From Camelus ferus (taxonomy: Eukaryota), in assembly GCF_009834535.1 (NCBI RefSeq), contig NC_045697.1, positions 50,470,001-50,534,000 of the forward strand: a DNA stretch of 64,000 bases, read 5' to 3'. The notes under the pieces were generated by a model. It searched no databases and was not told where the DNA came from. It worked only from the letters and a program-made list of their open reading frames with translations. This document shows, in pieces, positions 37,074-51,120 of this stretch; the stretch's first letter is position 1; the number at the start of each line of letters is the position of its first letter. The position numbers were made by a program, and so were the translations under genes.

Positions 37074-38153
37074 TGTTAAAAAACAAAATTCAACCAAGTA
37101 AATTTGAAGATCTAATTGACTTTATCCAATGATTCATGAACCAGGCAACATCCCATTTAATAAATTAGAAAGACACTCCAAGGAGTTGTACAAAAGAAAG
37201 GCCTTCAGAGACAGAAGGAAGGTGGGGCAAGGAAGCTATTAGTAAAAGAAAAGGAAGGATTATTTCAGGCCAGGTTATTTTCTTTTGGGGGAAGGATGAG
37301 GGTCAATCATGCAGATTACCTCTTCTTCCTTTGGGGGATGAAGAGGGCTCACATGACACATTACCTCATTGGTGCTGATCAGAGAATTCTAGACAGGCCA
37401 ATTAAGATTACATTCCTGGGAAAAGTCAAAACTGCAATTAAGTCAAGTATTAAATCTTGATTTGGTATTGAGACAGGAAGGGGGCAGGACACAGCCATTC
37501 AAGGAATGCTACAGCAATCAACATCAAAATGGTGAAAGATTCAACCCCCAGTAAGCTTAAGGCTCAAGATGATGAGAGGTTTAACTTATAGCAGATCTTG
37601 AACTTCATTATACGCTCACTGTAATATATTAACATGTTGAATAACACGCCCACAGGCACCATGGCAGCCCCAAGGCTAGCCACAAAAGGTCAAAGAGTGG
37701 GAAATGGCCTACTTCCTGGGAATCCCTGCCCCTTCCCCAGGCTACTTAGACTAGTCCTTCCACTTATTAGCATATGAAGCCACCAAGCCCATAAAAACCA
37801 GCAACATGGGCGCCTCACGGCCGCTCCTCTCTCCCTCTTTGGAAACGGCCCACATTCCGTCTATGGAGTGTGTACCTACTTTTAATCTGAGCGTCCAACC
37901 GCCACTCCTCATGGCCTTTCTCTTGCCTTTCAATGTATCTCTCTGAATAAATCTACCTTTACTCAACTGTGGCTCGCTCTTGAATTCTTTCCTGCGCGAA
38001 GCCTAGGACCCACACTTGGCGGGGCACGTCCCAGGGGCTCAACCAAGATTTGGAATACGGCCCTCCTCACTCCCCACATCCGTTTTCCTGCATCAGTATC
38101 ATGGGCTTTAGCATAAGTGACATTATTTTGCACCTGTGGTTTTCTTTTTACCA
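37074..38153 (-). mobile_element. Solo ERV1 LTR (outer), split by a nested LTR
   Basis: TGTTAA start, ...TTACCA end; TSD CATC (37070-37073, 38154-38157). Confidence 0.8.
37469..38095 (+). mobile_element. Solo ERV1 LTR (inner), 627 bp
   Basis: TGA...TCA termini; TSD GTAT (37465-37468, 38096-38099); AATAAA at 37946-37951 followed by U5-like gctcgctcttgaattctttcctgcgcgaagcc. Confidence 0.88.
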
Positions 38154-41100
38154 CATCTGTTTTTGTGTGTTGTCTAATTTTTCTATTAGTGTCCTAAATA
38201 TGTAATCATAGTCATTTTTAATTTCTTATCTGACATCTGCGTCCTATCTTGAGTTCTGTCACTTGCTTTGTCTGTGTATTTTCTTGCCTTTTAGCATGTC
38301 TTGTAATTTTTGGTTGAAAGTTGGACATGATATGTCAGGTGTCAGAAACTGAGGTAAATAGGCTTTTAGTGTGAGCTTTTCTGTTAATCTCGCTATGAGT
38401 TGGGCTGTATTCAATGTTTGTTGCAGTGGTAGTTGTGAGAGGATTAAACTTCCTCTAGAGCCCTTTTTCTTTCAATCTTTCCTCGTTACTTCGGGCTTCT
38501 CTAAGGACTTCCCTTCAAAGAGCCAGTAAACCTTACAGCTCCTTCAGCTATAATCCACTCTTATATCCTGGTCATGGTGGATAGGTGTGGGAAGGGAAGT
38601 GGTCTATAATCTTATGATTAACTCTGCCTTTTAATCAGTCTGTGTCCCTAGGATGTGAGCTTCACAAGTGTTCCTTAGCTTGTTTTTTCCTCCCTCATAT
38701 GAATTAAGAAGACTACAAAGGGCTGGAGTAGGATAAATGCCCTTCCCCTAGGTGGCATGAGGCTCTGGTCAAGTATTTCCTATGAAGATAGGCTTCTGCT
38801 TTGGAGAATGCTCTGTGTGTATTCTATAAGGTTATGCTTCTCCTCCCCCCGCCAGAGCCAGGAGGATCTCCTTCTAGGCTCTTCACCTTGAGAAACGAAT
38901 GCTTTTCTGGAGATAAAACTCATTAAAGTGTGGGACTCCCTGCAAGGCAACAGCCCCCGGAGGTTTCTCACTTCCACACTCAGTCTCCAGCAATTCATCA
39001 AAATTACCGTTTAAATGTTTCTACCAGTTTAGGGCTATAGCAGCTTCTGCTTCAGATAAGCAGGTTTCAGCAGTGACTCTCTGAATTCATCTGCCCCTCT
39101 AGATTTTGGGGTGGCAGTTTGTCCCATAACCTCAGTTCTCTGATAGGTCCAAGGAAATTTACTGACTTTTAGTTTGCCAGCTTTTTCTTATTCTAAGTGA
39201 TAAGAGTGATATCTTCTAAGTTCATTACATGTCAGAATTGGAACCGCATAACCTTCAACTTATTTTTTAAGTAGGGAAGATATTAGTCAGCAATTACATT
39301 CTTACTTGGAATAGATTAATCTCATTCCTAACAGCATCCCTCAAATAAGATCAACTTGTGTATTTTCCAATTTGTTAAACAAAAATCCGTTAAAAATTAC
39401 TATGAGATTGAACAGCTTTGCCACTGAAAATCAGAAGACTGTTACTCAACCTCTGTCTGTGAACTCATTTTGCTTGTGGCGTTTCTCTCATGTCCAATAC
39501 AGAACCTATGGATTTAATTGGCTTGTAGAATTGTGCAGTAACATCAGAGGCCTGATAAAGACAGTATCCAGCAAAGAGGTGCCTGTCAATCTATTTGTAA
39601 CTGGAAACAAAGACAAAATTGGGTATACAAAGAATCTATGTGATAACTGTTATTATTATCACTTAAGAAGGAGCAATAATTATGTCATAGATATGGTCAT
39701 AGAAATGTACTGGTAAAATACAGGTAAAACTCATTAGATTACTTTTATCTATTTGGGAAATTTGGGGTATTTAGATTTGTCCCATTATTCCTGTTTATCT
39801 CCTTGTTGAATACTCAGTCATACAGGTATTTAAGACAGCCTGGGTAAGCCCCAAGAGACCCAGCCCAACTTAGAGTCATTCCAACTTGAAAAAAAAAAAC
39901 ATGGGTTAGTTTTGGGGGTTAGTCTGTTCACATAAGTACCAAATGGACTCCAGGAGTTTACTTGAACTTGTGATTTGGTGGCAGGATCGTTCTGGGAACC
40001 GAGGGTGAAACCTGAGAACAGACTCAGATCAATGTCTGTGCTGGAGCCTCTGGGCTGAGCAGACAACCAAGAACAGCCACAGGGATGGGGTGTGCTGGAG
40101 AAAACCTTTCAGTTTTGAGTGGTGGTGAACAGACTTTCTCTCTTTTAGCTGAGATAGGACAAATTGGAGTATTCTTAAGAGATTAGCAGCTTCCAGGAGG
40201 TACTCTGGCGATTAAGACAAGAGAGACTAGAGTGGGCTGCAAAGGATTGGTGTGAGTCTTGTCCTTGGAGCCTTTAAGGGGAGGCAAGAGGGGTGGAAGG
40301 CAGACTGCTGTCTGTGTTTTAAGTGAAATTTTGTCTAAAGACAAGGGGATGGAATAGGTAACTTCATGGAGTAATGACTCTCTTCATGATGATTTTCACT
40401 ATTTTTAAACTTCATTCTTGAGTCCCAGCTCTGACACTTACTAGCTTGAAGTTGTTTAGCAAGTCTGAATCAGAGTTTTATCTGTAGAATGGAATTAATA
40501 GAACGTGCATCATGGGAAACAATTTCACATATTTAAAGTGTTGAGAAGAATCCCTGGAAGATAGAAGGTGCTCAAGAAACAAAGTGTCAGTTCCTCCTGC
40601 ACACACACACACACATACACACACAAATGCACACACATCCATGGTGAAGGTTACAGGTGAATAATACATGCCAAAATATCAGAAAGGGCCCTTTAATTTT
40701 ATTATCAAATAAATGAAAGTTTAACAGATAAATTTCCTCATAGTGGGGAGTGTTGCAATGGTATGACAGCTTAAGCAATGTTTTCACGTATGCACGGTTG
40801 CTGGATATCTGTAGAATACTTAATTATAAACAATGACTCTTCAAAACATAGAGTGGGTAGGATTGTGGTCTTTCACCAAAGAGAGTTGAGTAATAGGACA
40901 TATTTCTTTTTGACTGTCTAAACTTTGGGGGGATAAATAATAAAATAGGAGTATATTCACCATTAAGTGCAACACGGGAACTAGTTTTACTTTCAACTGT
41001 TTATATTGTACCACATATTCAAGCATGAAGGACAAAAAGAAATAATTAAATGTGATTCCTTCCTCTAGTTTCTGTTTATTCATAAATGTGACATGTCTTC

Positions 41101-41670
41101 ATTTTGGTTCCTGAATTTATGTCAATTTTATATTGTAAATGCTATAATATAAACTTGGAAAGCCTCAGCTTAATTTGTTTCTTTCAAATCTTTTTCAGAA
41201 ACAAAACATTACAACAATTTTGAAATAGCTGCATATTTGAAGTCTTATTTTGTCCAAGGACACAGCTGAGTTATTTAACAAGATTAAATTAAATCCATAG
41301 TAGAGGACTCTTGAAAGCACACATTTTATTGATCTAAAGTTATAAATAGACATCATAAACAATAGTAACATTGAAGGCAATCTGGAAGATTCAGTACCTA
41401 TAAACTCTGTGGTTATCTGTAAAAGTACAGGTCAAATGAAATTTTCCACAAACACTCATAATATTATTTATTCATTTAAACCTTGGTCATAGACCACATG
41501 ATTTTAACATGATTAACAATTATTTATATTTACAGAGTTGCTATTTTTTCATTCTTTTACCATTCCTCCCAGTTAAACTAATTGTGTTGATTTTACAGGT
41601 TTGAATGAGAGTCATTTTGCACTATCAAGATAAAAAAAGTTATCATTTGAAATAGACTGGAACTGATTTG

Positions 41671-42051
41671 TGTTATGGGCTGAATTGTGTCCCTCCAAAA
41701 TTCGTATGTTCAAGTCCTAACTCTCAGTACCTCTGAATGTGATTGTATTTGGAGAGAGAGTCATTGAGGAAGTGATTAAATTAAAATGAATCCATTAGGC
41801 TGGGCTCTAATCCAATCTGCTGGAGTCCTTTCAGAAGAGGAATTTTGGACATAGGCAGAGACATCAGATACATGCACGTGCACAGAGCAAAAGGCCATGA
41901 GGACATAGCCATCTGCAAGCCAAGCAGAGAGGCCTCAGAAGAAACCAGATCTGCCAACACCTTGGTCTTGGACATCCCAGCCTCCAGAACTCTGTTGTTT
42001 AAACTACCCAGTCTCTGTATTTTGCTATGGTAGTCCTAGGAAACTAATATA
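41671..42051 (+). mobile_element. MLT1A-like MaLR solo LTR
   Basis: tgttatgggctgaattgtgtccctccaaaattcgtatgtt...gccatctgcaagccaag...gaggcctcagaagaaaccag...cagcctccagaact...aaactaatata. Confidence 0.9.
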
Positions 42052-42759
42052 GATGGGATTCTTACCAACCTCTATGAAGAAGGTATGACTGTTAGTCTTT
42101 TTAAATTTGTTATTATTTACAAAAGAAAAAAAATAGCTAAAGCACAAGGAGCCAGGGTTTGAACCCAGCAGGAAAGAATCAGAGCCGTGATTTGACCTCC
42201 AAGCTTTTAAGCTCATCTGACTGCATATTATATGCAATGCTATTAAAGCCATATTGACATTATACATACTTCTTTTACTATTGAATTGAGTATATTGTTA
42301 ATGAAAATAATCTTATAAATTATGACCAGGAAAAAAAGAAGAAAAGAAAAAGAGAAAATATGGCAGGTTTAGAACACTTAAAAGAAAAATATTTCCACTG
42401 AGCAGATACAAACCATGACAGTACATTGTTATAAACTTGGATGGCTCAGAGTATTAATCAGAGTTCTCTTAGGTAGCACAGGAGACCACAGGGCCTTGTG
42501 ATGAGACAGTAGAATGAGTGAAGGCACACACTGTCAGAGCTCAAGAAAAATATAAAAGAAAAATGAAATTTTGTATCAATGAGCACCTTTCTGAAATAGC
42601 AAAAGAAGACAATAGATATTGTTTAAAACACAATAGAGGACACAGAGGACAGAATTGAGAAAAGCAAGTAAAACAATAGATATAACAAAATTAAAATCAT
42701 TACTATACATAAAATCTTAGTTTGTTTAATTTTTACACTGATGATAAAAATTGGGGAGA

Positions 42760-45700
42760 CTACAGTACTTTGGATTAACCTTCCCGCTAAGAATACCTGC
42801 AAAAGCCAGAGCAGAACAAAAGAAAGCTTTGACCTGAAGGCATCAGAGACGTAGTTGTAAGAAATTGAGGGAACTGCATCTGGGAGGGAGGACAGTGAGC
42901 CCCACACTTTGGACTGTTCTGAATGATTCTCAACATCCAGGAACTGAAAAGCTAAGCAGAGCTATTGGCAGACTCCCAAGGATGGGGACAAATGTTAGAG
43001 TTTAGATCCTATTAAAAAGGAGGGTCCTTGTTACCACATTCCCAGCCTTTCATTTGGGACTTGAAGAGTTATATTCTAATAGGACAAAGAAACAGAAATA
43101 TAGCAGGCCTTACATTATATAGTCAGGGAAACCAGTGCACAGAGAGGTTAGATAATTAGCGCAGGGTCACACAGTCACTAACAGCAGCGCTGATTTAAAC
43201 TGGCTAGTCAGGCTCCAGAGTTCATGCACTTTTATCATCATAGTTTAGTATTCAGTCTGCATGATACTGACACCCAAATCCAACAAGGATAGCACAAATA
43301 GAAACTTTAAAACAATTTCACCTATTAGTTTGATATAGTAATAACCTTAAAAAAAAACCCAGAATATAAAATTCAACAGCACATTAGAAAAATTAAAAAA
43401 ACAAGAGCAGGTGTGATTCATACTGACAGTGCAAAGAGGATTTACCATGAAGAAAATTACTAATTTAATTCAACATATTAATAGAACAAGAGCAAAATCG
43501 TAACAATCTCCATAGATGATGAAACTCTTTTGATAAAATTCGATATCCATTCTTGACCTTAAAAATACTTTTACTAAAATATAAATAAAAGATTTATTTT
43601 TATCATACTTAGACGAAATCAAGAGTCCACGTCATATTGATGGAGAACACTAGATATATTCATAATAAAGCTGGAATGAGACAAATTATTACTAGCTAGT
43701 ATAATTGTCAGCAATAGATGAGAGAGAAATTAGACAAAAATATTTGAATAGTAGGAGGTCAATTATCATTATTAATAGAAGAAATGATTTTATATCTTTA
43801 AAAAACAGAATTACCTTATAAACTATTACAATCAAATAAATATTTCAGTAAGATAGCTGAAAAATTTACAAACAAAATTTGATGGCCTTCCTATAAAGAG
43901 TCAACCACCAGTTAGAATTTAAAGTGGAAGATCCACCTGACAGTAATACCAGGATGAATCTTAATGGCTATGAATAAATTTAACAAAAAATGTCCAAGAA
44001 TCCTATAAACAAAGTATTTAAATGCTATTATGAGAGATGGGAGAAGACCTGAATCAATTGGAAGATATACTCTAACCTTGGATAGAAACACTGAACATCA
44101 TGATAATGTAAAGTCTCTCTAACGGAAGGCTATGCATTTAATACAATAATACTAAAATAACAGTATGTCAGTATTTGAAATAGATTAGGTAAAATGATAA
44201 AACAAAACACAATTTGAAGACAGCAATATGGGAATAGTATATAGTTTGAAGATAGCACTGCACGTCAGTGCATAAGAACAGTTATTATTGAATAAATGTT
44301 GAGACATTGGAATAGGCATTTAAAAAATAAACAACTTTCTTTGCTTATTTCCTACATTAAAACAAGTTTTAGATGGATCAAGCATTTAAACTTAAAAATG
44401 AAGCTATAAAAGTATTGAAGTGCACTAGGGAAGCTTTTATTCAGTAGTTTCCAAGTGAAAGCTTTATTAAGTGTGGAAAAGAAACCATAAAATAAAAGAT
44501 GGATAAATTCGACTACATGAAATGTTATAGGTATTAAAAAGTACCATAAGTAATTTGAAAGACAAACAACGAATATTTGCTAGACAACTCTAAAGCAAAG
44601 AGCATCATTTCCTTTATATAAACAGTGCCTTATTTCTAACTAATGGTGTGGGCCCTTGGATTGATAAAGAAATGGAAATATTTACATTTTAAATACAGAA
44701 AGAGATGTGTCTTTGAACCAGCAGCCTCCCTTTTAGGAACCAGGAGTCTCGTTTCTAAGAACTTATCTTTACAGATATGCTTTCATATCTGCAACCTGAT
44801 GTATATGCAGAAGGATGTTCCCTGCTGCCCTGTTTACAGTAATAAGAGACGAGAAACAGTGTAAATGTCCACCACGTAAAGACCAGTTAATTAATATGGT
44901 GCATCGAGCAAAGCAATACTGTTGCAACTCTGAAATAAGTGATACAGCTTGGATGCACTCACATGAAAAAAACCTACAAATATATAACATTAGGTAAAAG
45001 AAAAAACCAGTGTGTATAGTATGGCACAGTTTGGGGGCAAACAAGCTCATAAAGGATTATACTAGTTTATGTATAGAATATCTTTGAAGTGGTAGAAAAT
45101 AATTGTTACCTCTGAAAAGTATATGTGGTGATTGAGAAACAGTAATGGAAAAAAGAATTATGAGTTTTTGAATATTCTTTTTTTTAGTTCTCTATATCAT
45201 GTTTATATAAAACCTACTGAAAGTTTTTTTTTTCTTCCAAAAGCTTAACCTGGAGTAATGAGCAAGAATAGCCCATAAAATTTTGAAAAATCAACTTAAT
45301 AATGAGATTCTAACTTTACCTGATCTTAAAGCATCTTATATGTAGCTACAACTGTTAAATGTATGTGTTGGACTAGTGCAAGAAGAGGCAAAGAGAGCAA
45401 AGAAACAGAACTGCAGCTTGGAAATATAAATAAATATTAATTAAATATATATATATTACGTAAATATATATAAAACTTTTATTACATACAATATACTGAT
45501 CAATGACAAAGACAACACAAATTAGAAAAGAACAACTAAGATTTTCAGCATTCTTTGCAAAGAATCTCTAAAAATAAAAAGTTTTAGTATTTATAAAAAT
45601 AGAAAGTTGTGTTATGTTTAGAATCTCTAAAAAATAAAATGTGACATTTTCTCTAGTGAAAATTAGTGTAGAAAATATCTTTAGATATGAAAATATCACT

Positions 45701-46020
45701 TTTCAAGTTCTGGATTTCAAAGAGAAATATTAGCAAAATAAAAATGGAAAACAACCTGGAATAAACATTTGCAACCCAAACGATAAAGGGTTGGTATTTG
45801 AAGTATTTTATATTTCTTTATGTCAATAAGAAGCTGAAATAGCCTCATTAAAAAAAATGGGCTGTGAAAGTGAATAGGACTTTCACAAAAGTAGAATTAC
45901 AAATGCTCAAAAACATATAAAAATATTCAATCTCACTTGTAACAAAAAAAGCCAAATTTGCTCCAGTGTGAGAGAGCAATTTCACTTCCTTTTTCCAATC
46001 TATAGTCTTGCAACATAGAT
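42760..46020 (+). mobile_element. Highly degenerate old L1 (L1M/L1ME-type) fragments with an inserted MIR (~43120-43230)
   Basis: A-rich ORF2-like remnants, e.g. tctccatagatgatgaaactcttttgataaaattcgatatccattc; ORF 44815 MFPAALFTVIRDEKQCKCP resembles the ORF2 C-terminus. Confidence 0.7.
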
Positions 46021-46639
46021 ATGAAGAAACAATTCTCAAAAACGTTTCAATTTTATGATGGTATTTTTCATGATAAATTGGCTAGCTTCGTGCCCAGTGC
46101 GTGCGCTGCTGTGATTCACTCCCTTTGCATGCAGTCCCCTCGCTGCTGGCGATGCGGGCTCCAGGGCTCCTCTCCAGCTGTGAGTTTATGTCCCACAGCA
46201 GTTTAGGGTGGGCAGGCAAGGGGCCTGGACACATTCCTGGTCACATAGTCTGAGGAGGAAATTACTCAGATGGGTGAAGGTTTCCCTGCCCTAGTCTGAT
46301 TCCTGGATTGGGGTTGTTTATCTCTTCTTAGATCTTGATTCTAGTAACTCAGCACGTCACTGATAGAGCCTGGTGTACCTCAAATTTAACCTTTTACACA
46401 ACCTCTGACTCTGATGTCTTTCACAACTTTTTACCACGTGTGTAGAGTCAATGAGATTGTTAGTTGCAAAACCACCACCTCAGTTTTCGTGCGATTCTGT
46501 TCTTACATGCTTTATTACTCGTAACCTTTACCTCGCTGTCAGGGAAATTGGTTGATATTTTTATTCTTTACTTTTACAATAAAATTCACCTGTTATGGAG
46601 ACTAAAATACTTTGAGTCTGCAGGATAAGTGTGTCTGAA

Positions 46640-46842
46640 AAGAGACAGAGCCTAGGTGTCCAAGTGAACTTGGCTACAACACTTATTAATTGTCGACTGT
46701 AGACAAATTACTTCACTTCCCTAAGCCTCAAAGGTCTCATCTTGTAAAATGGAATAATGGGATTATCACAAGAATTAAATGATTAATAAATGTAAAGCAT
46801 TTAGAACAGAGCTTAGCACAGAGTGAGTGCTCAATAAATACT
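46640..46842 (+). mobile_element. MIR SINE
   Basis: acaaattacttcacttccctaagcctc...tgtaaagcatttagaacagagcttagcacagagtgagtgctcaataaat. Confidence 0.85.
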
Positions 46843-47451
46843 TTATGTTGTAATCTTTTGCAGTGTGCATTTTAGCACGCATGTTCTCCATCAAGTCTTT
46901 TTTCCTACAGTTGCAGTTGTACTCTACAAATGTCTTTTGTGGGAATAAGCTCACAACGTGTCTGTCTCCAGGTATGAAGGATTAAAATAATGTACCACAA
47001 AATCTAACTTTTGGGTGTGTTTTTCTGTTTTTCAATATTACTGATAAGTAAGATAAGTAACAGTAAGAATGTTGATCAAATATGAATTGTATATGCATTC
47101 ATATAACACTAAAAGCAAATACCTTTTTAATATTTGACAAAATACATGTATGAATTTTTACTTCTTAATTTTAATTTCAAGTAATTTTAGCCTCATCTGA
47201 CTCTAATACTCAACTGCCTGAAATCCTTTCTGAAACAAGATGTAGCACAAATAAATTATTAAAAGCAAAGTCTAGAATTCTTAAGAAATAATAACCCGAT
47301 GATACGTTCTTGTGTTAAAAAGTAGACCCTGATGATTTGTTTCAAGTTTCCTTTATAAAAGTTTGAAAGTTGTCTCCATTACAACTGCATTACTCGTGCT
47401 ATACTCGTGTAAAAGGGAAATAAGTATGGTACACTCACTTGGAAGCCCCTG

Positions 47452-47680
47452 TTTATTCACTCATCAGCAAGTATTTGTTGAGGTCCTACTATTTGTTCTA
47501 GGTGTTGAGGTGCATCAGTGAAAAAAATAGACAAAAGACCACACCCTCTGAATTTACAGTCTAGTAGAAGGAAAGATAAATAATAGACATCATACACAAT
47601 TAAATTGTATAGTCTGTTTGACTGTGATAAACACCATGGAGAAAAAAAATATGTTTCAGGGTAAGAGTGATAGAGAGTAT
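47452..47680 (-). mobile_element. L2 3' end
   Basis: tttattcactcatcagcaagtatttgttgaggtcctact...gaatttacagtctagt. Confidence 0.75.
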
Positions 47681-49729
47681 GGGTTGAATTTTATGAATTT
47701 GACGTGTGTGTTTGCATCACTTCCTCCACACTAAGTGGCTGGCCTGATACTTTCATTCAATTTAGGAGCACAAGTTTTAAGAGATGGGTAAGACAATTAG
47801 ACATTCCTAGGTGAATGTTCTCCATTTTGCAATATTCACTTTACAGCTGTTACTTAATTATGTTAATATGTTTCTATTTTTGAAGGGTAATCTGCATTTT
47901 ACCAGGCTTCAACAGCTTTGGAGTCACAGGGACAGGAGTATCTCCTTTCCTTCAGATCTTTCTTTCATTTCTCTCATTCTCTCTTTATTGTGTCTAAGCG
48001 ACTGTTTAACCTAGCTACAGAATTTATTTTATCTTGAAGACTGTATTTAAGCTTTCACTTGCCTGTTTTCCAATTCCCTACCCTTACTTTATGATTCCTT
48101 TTATCTCTTTGAACATTTTAAGCTGCATATTTTAAAAGGTGTTTTGGATCATACTTGCTCTAATTACTCAGGTGTCCATTCCACATTTCTTGAGTCTGTG
48201 GACTCTCTCCTCTCTGAAATTCTTCCTGTGTTTTATAATTTTTGTTTATGAGGCCATTTTCAGTGGGACGTATGTTCTCTGGAAGGCTGTCACATACCAT
48301 TGGTTAGGGAGGCCTCTCTCTAAGGCATTATAATGAACTCTGCTTATGTGCAATAAAGGCCATAGGTTCTGAATTTTTCTTTTATCTTACACTCAGTTTG
48401 TCAGCCTGGGATGCTTATACAATATGAGGAATGTGATTTCAGGCCCCTATGTCCTTGCTTGATGTATCTTCAAGCCCTGCTTTCTTGAAGTTGATTCTGT
48501 TTCTGTTCATAGCCTGGGGTGGGTATTTTTTCACCTACTGAGATCTTGACTGTCTGGTGAAGATTTTCTAGTCTTTGTTCATAAACAAGAGGAGAGCTTT
48601 CTTAGCTCAGGACTCTAAACAAGTACCCGTGAGTCTTAACATCCTAAGCCCTAAGACATACATCTATTACACATTCTAACCACCTCTCCCTTTCTTCCCA
48701 TTATAGCTTCAACTTCTGCTCTGTGACTCTGGGATCACTCTTTTTGATAACCTGGTAAGAGCCATTTCTTTCTTCTGAGTTCAGTCATGTACTAGCAATT
48801 CCTGACACAAAAATCATCTTCCAAGTTAAAATGTACAGGTAGCAATGATACGATTATGTGATCAGAAACCATAGAAAGAGAGCTTTACAAAGCTATAGAG
48901 AACACCAGTGATGATGTCAGATTCTGCTGTGGTGCTAAGTGGGAAGCACAGCAAATGTGTAATTCATAGTTCTTCGGTGGCAGAGTTGTGTTAATGGTAA
49001 GTGAACATTCTCACTGAAGTGATATTACTGAAATTCAACCTGTCTCACTTTGACCTTCAGTTTTCAGAGTACTTCAGAATAGAACTGATAGCTGAATAGT
49101 CACCTGTTCTTTTGAAGATACTGCTTGGATAGCATGATAGGCAATGAAAAACAAATTACAGAAATGAATGTGCTGTAAAGATACTAATTCAACATGAAAG
49201 AAAGTGCAGAACATTCATTCCTAGTGCCAGCACAACAGGATTTAGCATCAACTGATGTGTCAAATCATTTCAGACCTATATTGAAAAGGACTTCCCCGCC
49301 GCCATTTCCAGTGAAAGTGACTCTAATAGCATTTTTATTTTTGTCTGACAGTTATGTTAACAAGAATTAGCATATGAAAAATTTTACATGGATGACACAT
49401 AAAAAAGCCATGCCATATAATTTTAACAGCAACTGGATTTGTGTTTCCTGTTTTATTCATGCTCTGCTCAACAAGCTAGAACAAATGTACTCACATAATT
49501 TTGAAGCCAAAAGAAATCTTGTGGCTAAATTCTATATCAACGTCTCTATCCATGTACTTTGAACAAGAAGTTTTAAAAGCAATCTGAATATCTCTGGTAC
49601 TGAATATTTCAGGGTTTTTTTCCCCATCTTAAAAACATAAGGAAAAAATGACAGAATTAGAAGCAATAATCTTCCTGTAAAGAAAATTATTGTATTGCTC
49701 ACTTTTCATCTTTGCCAACGAAGATCTCC

Positions 49730-49893
49730 AGTAGTGTGTTTCTATGACTGAATGGAGTTGGGGGAGGTGTATATTATTGTTAAAAATATGAATTCCTAGG
49801 CACTGACTCCTGGGATTCTGATTCTTTTGATCTGCATTTTAATAAACACCCCTCCTCGTGATTCCTATGCACACTAAATTTTGAGAACCATTG
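49730..49893. mobile_element. MER5-like hAT DNA transposon
   Basis: gattctgattc...tctgcattttaataaacacccc...gtgattcctatgcacactaaattttgagaaccattg. Confidence 0.7.
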
Positions 49894-51120
49894 ATGTAAA
49901 GGCTACATTAAAGAGCATGGTAGGCAATACACCAAGACAAGGATTCAGAGTACACAGATTTCTTTGGAAGTTGGTCATTTCTTTGATTACTGCCAGGCCA
50001 CGTTAATTTATAGAAGAACTACTGACACTAACAATTCAGTGAACAGTTCCATCCAAGCTACAAATAGCAAAAGCAAGTGGAATTCAAAATATACATCCTG
50101 CAGTTTGAAATCCAACCACTAGATCTGTTGGATTAAAATAAGAAAAGACAAAGAGCATTTTTCAAGCAGAAATGGCGCCAGAGAAGTGATTAAAATGTGG
50201 ATGAAGAAAAGAGTTTTCAATCCGTGGGAATTTTGATAATGAAGCAACCCTAATATATCTGATGGGAATACCAATGTTCTGATGGATTAGGTAAGAAATA
50301 CACAAATTACTAGAATTTGTAATTCAAATAATCTGATCACAAGAATATCATTGAATATTAGCATTGATATTGAATATCTAGCCAGAATATCGCTAGAAAT
50401 AAACCATAATGTAAATGGATAAAATTACACAAACTCAGATTTATTATTCACTAAAGCATTTATTTTAATTGGTTGAACAGTCTTAAAGCATATCACTTGC
50501 TAAGTAAGCCAACGTTTAAACTGTATATTATGAAGATAAACCATGAATTCATTTTCACTTTTTAGTTTAAAAAAATTCAATGTTGTAGTATTACTACTTT
50601 TTAATCATTATTTTTCATGCAGAAAACAGTTATTTAGTTCTGAGTTTGAAGACTGATAAACACTTATGCTTCTCTGTCCTAACATATGAGTAAAACAGGT
50701 TTTTAAAGTCTTGTTTTATTACACATTTGTCTAAAACAAAACAATTTGAAACTACTGTAATTTTTATTTTGTTTTCTTTTAATAAGTGTTAACATTTACA
50801 CTCTGAGAAAGTCAGGAAGCAAGCTCTTCGAGGTAAGGAGAGTCCTGATACAGTGCTGGTAGCTTTGATGTGGGCTGTGCCCATCAGAAATTTTGTGTCA
50901 TAAATTTGATTCATATGTGTAAACATTGCATCTTTGTTCTAACCATTGCCAAAGATACCAAAAAAAGTCTTCAAAATGCCTTCAGTTATTTTACCTTGAA
51001 ATATTTCACAAATTTTTACAAAATTCAAAGAATTTTTTGAATTACAAGGATTACAGTTATTTGTCATCACATTGTCCATAAATTCAATAACAAAATAATA
51101 TGCAGAAGATTCAATTCTTG

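Larger units (their letters stand above)
35820..39245 (-). mobile_element. Old, internally deleted L1M element interrupted by three solo LTRs
   Basis: ORF 36009-36293 shows L1 ORF1/endonuclease-like remnants (AENFQKLMTDTKAQILEAQRISSRI; DLIDIYRILHPTTAE). L1-like sequence resumes after each LTR TSD. Confidence 0.8.
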
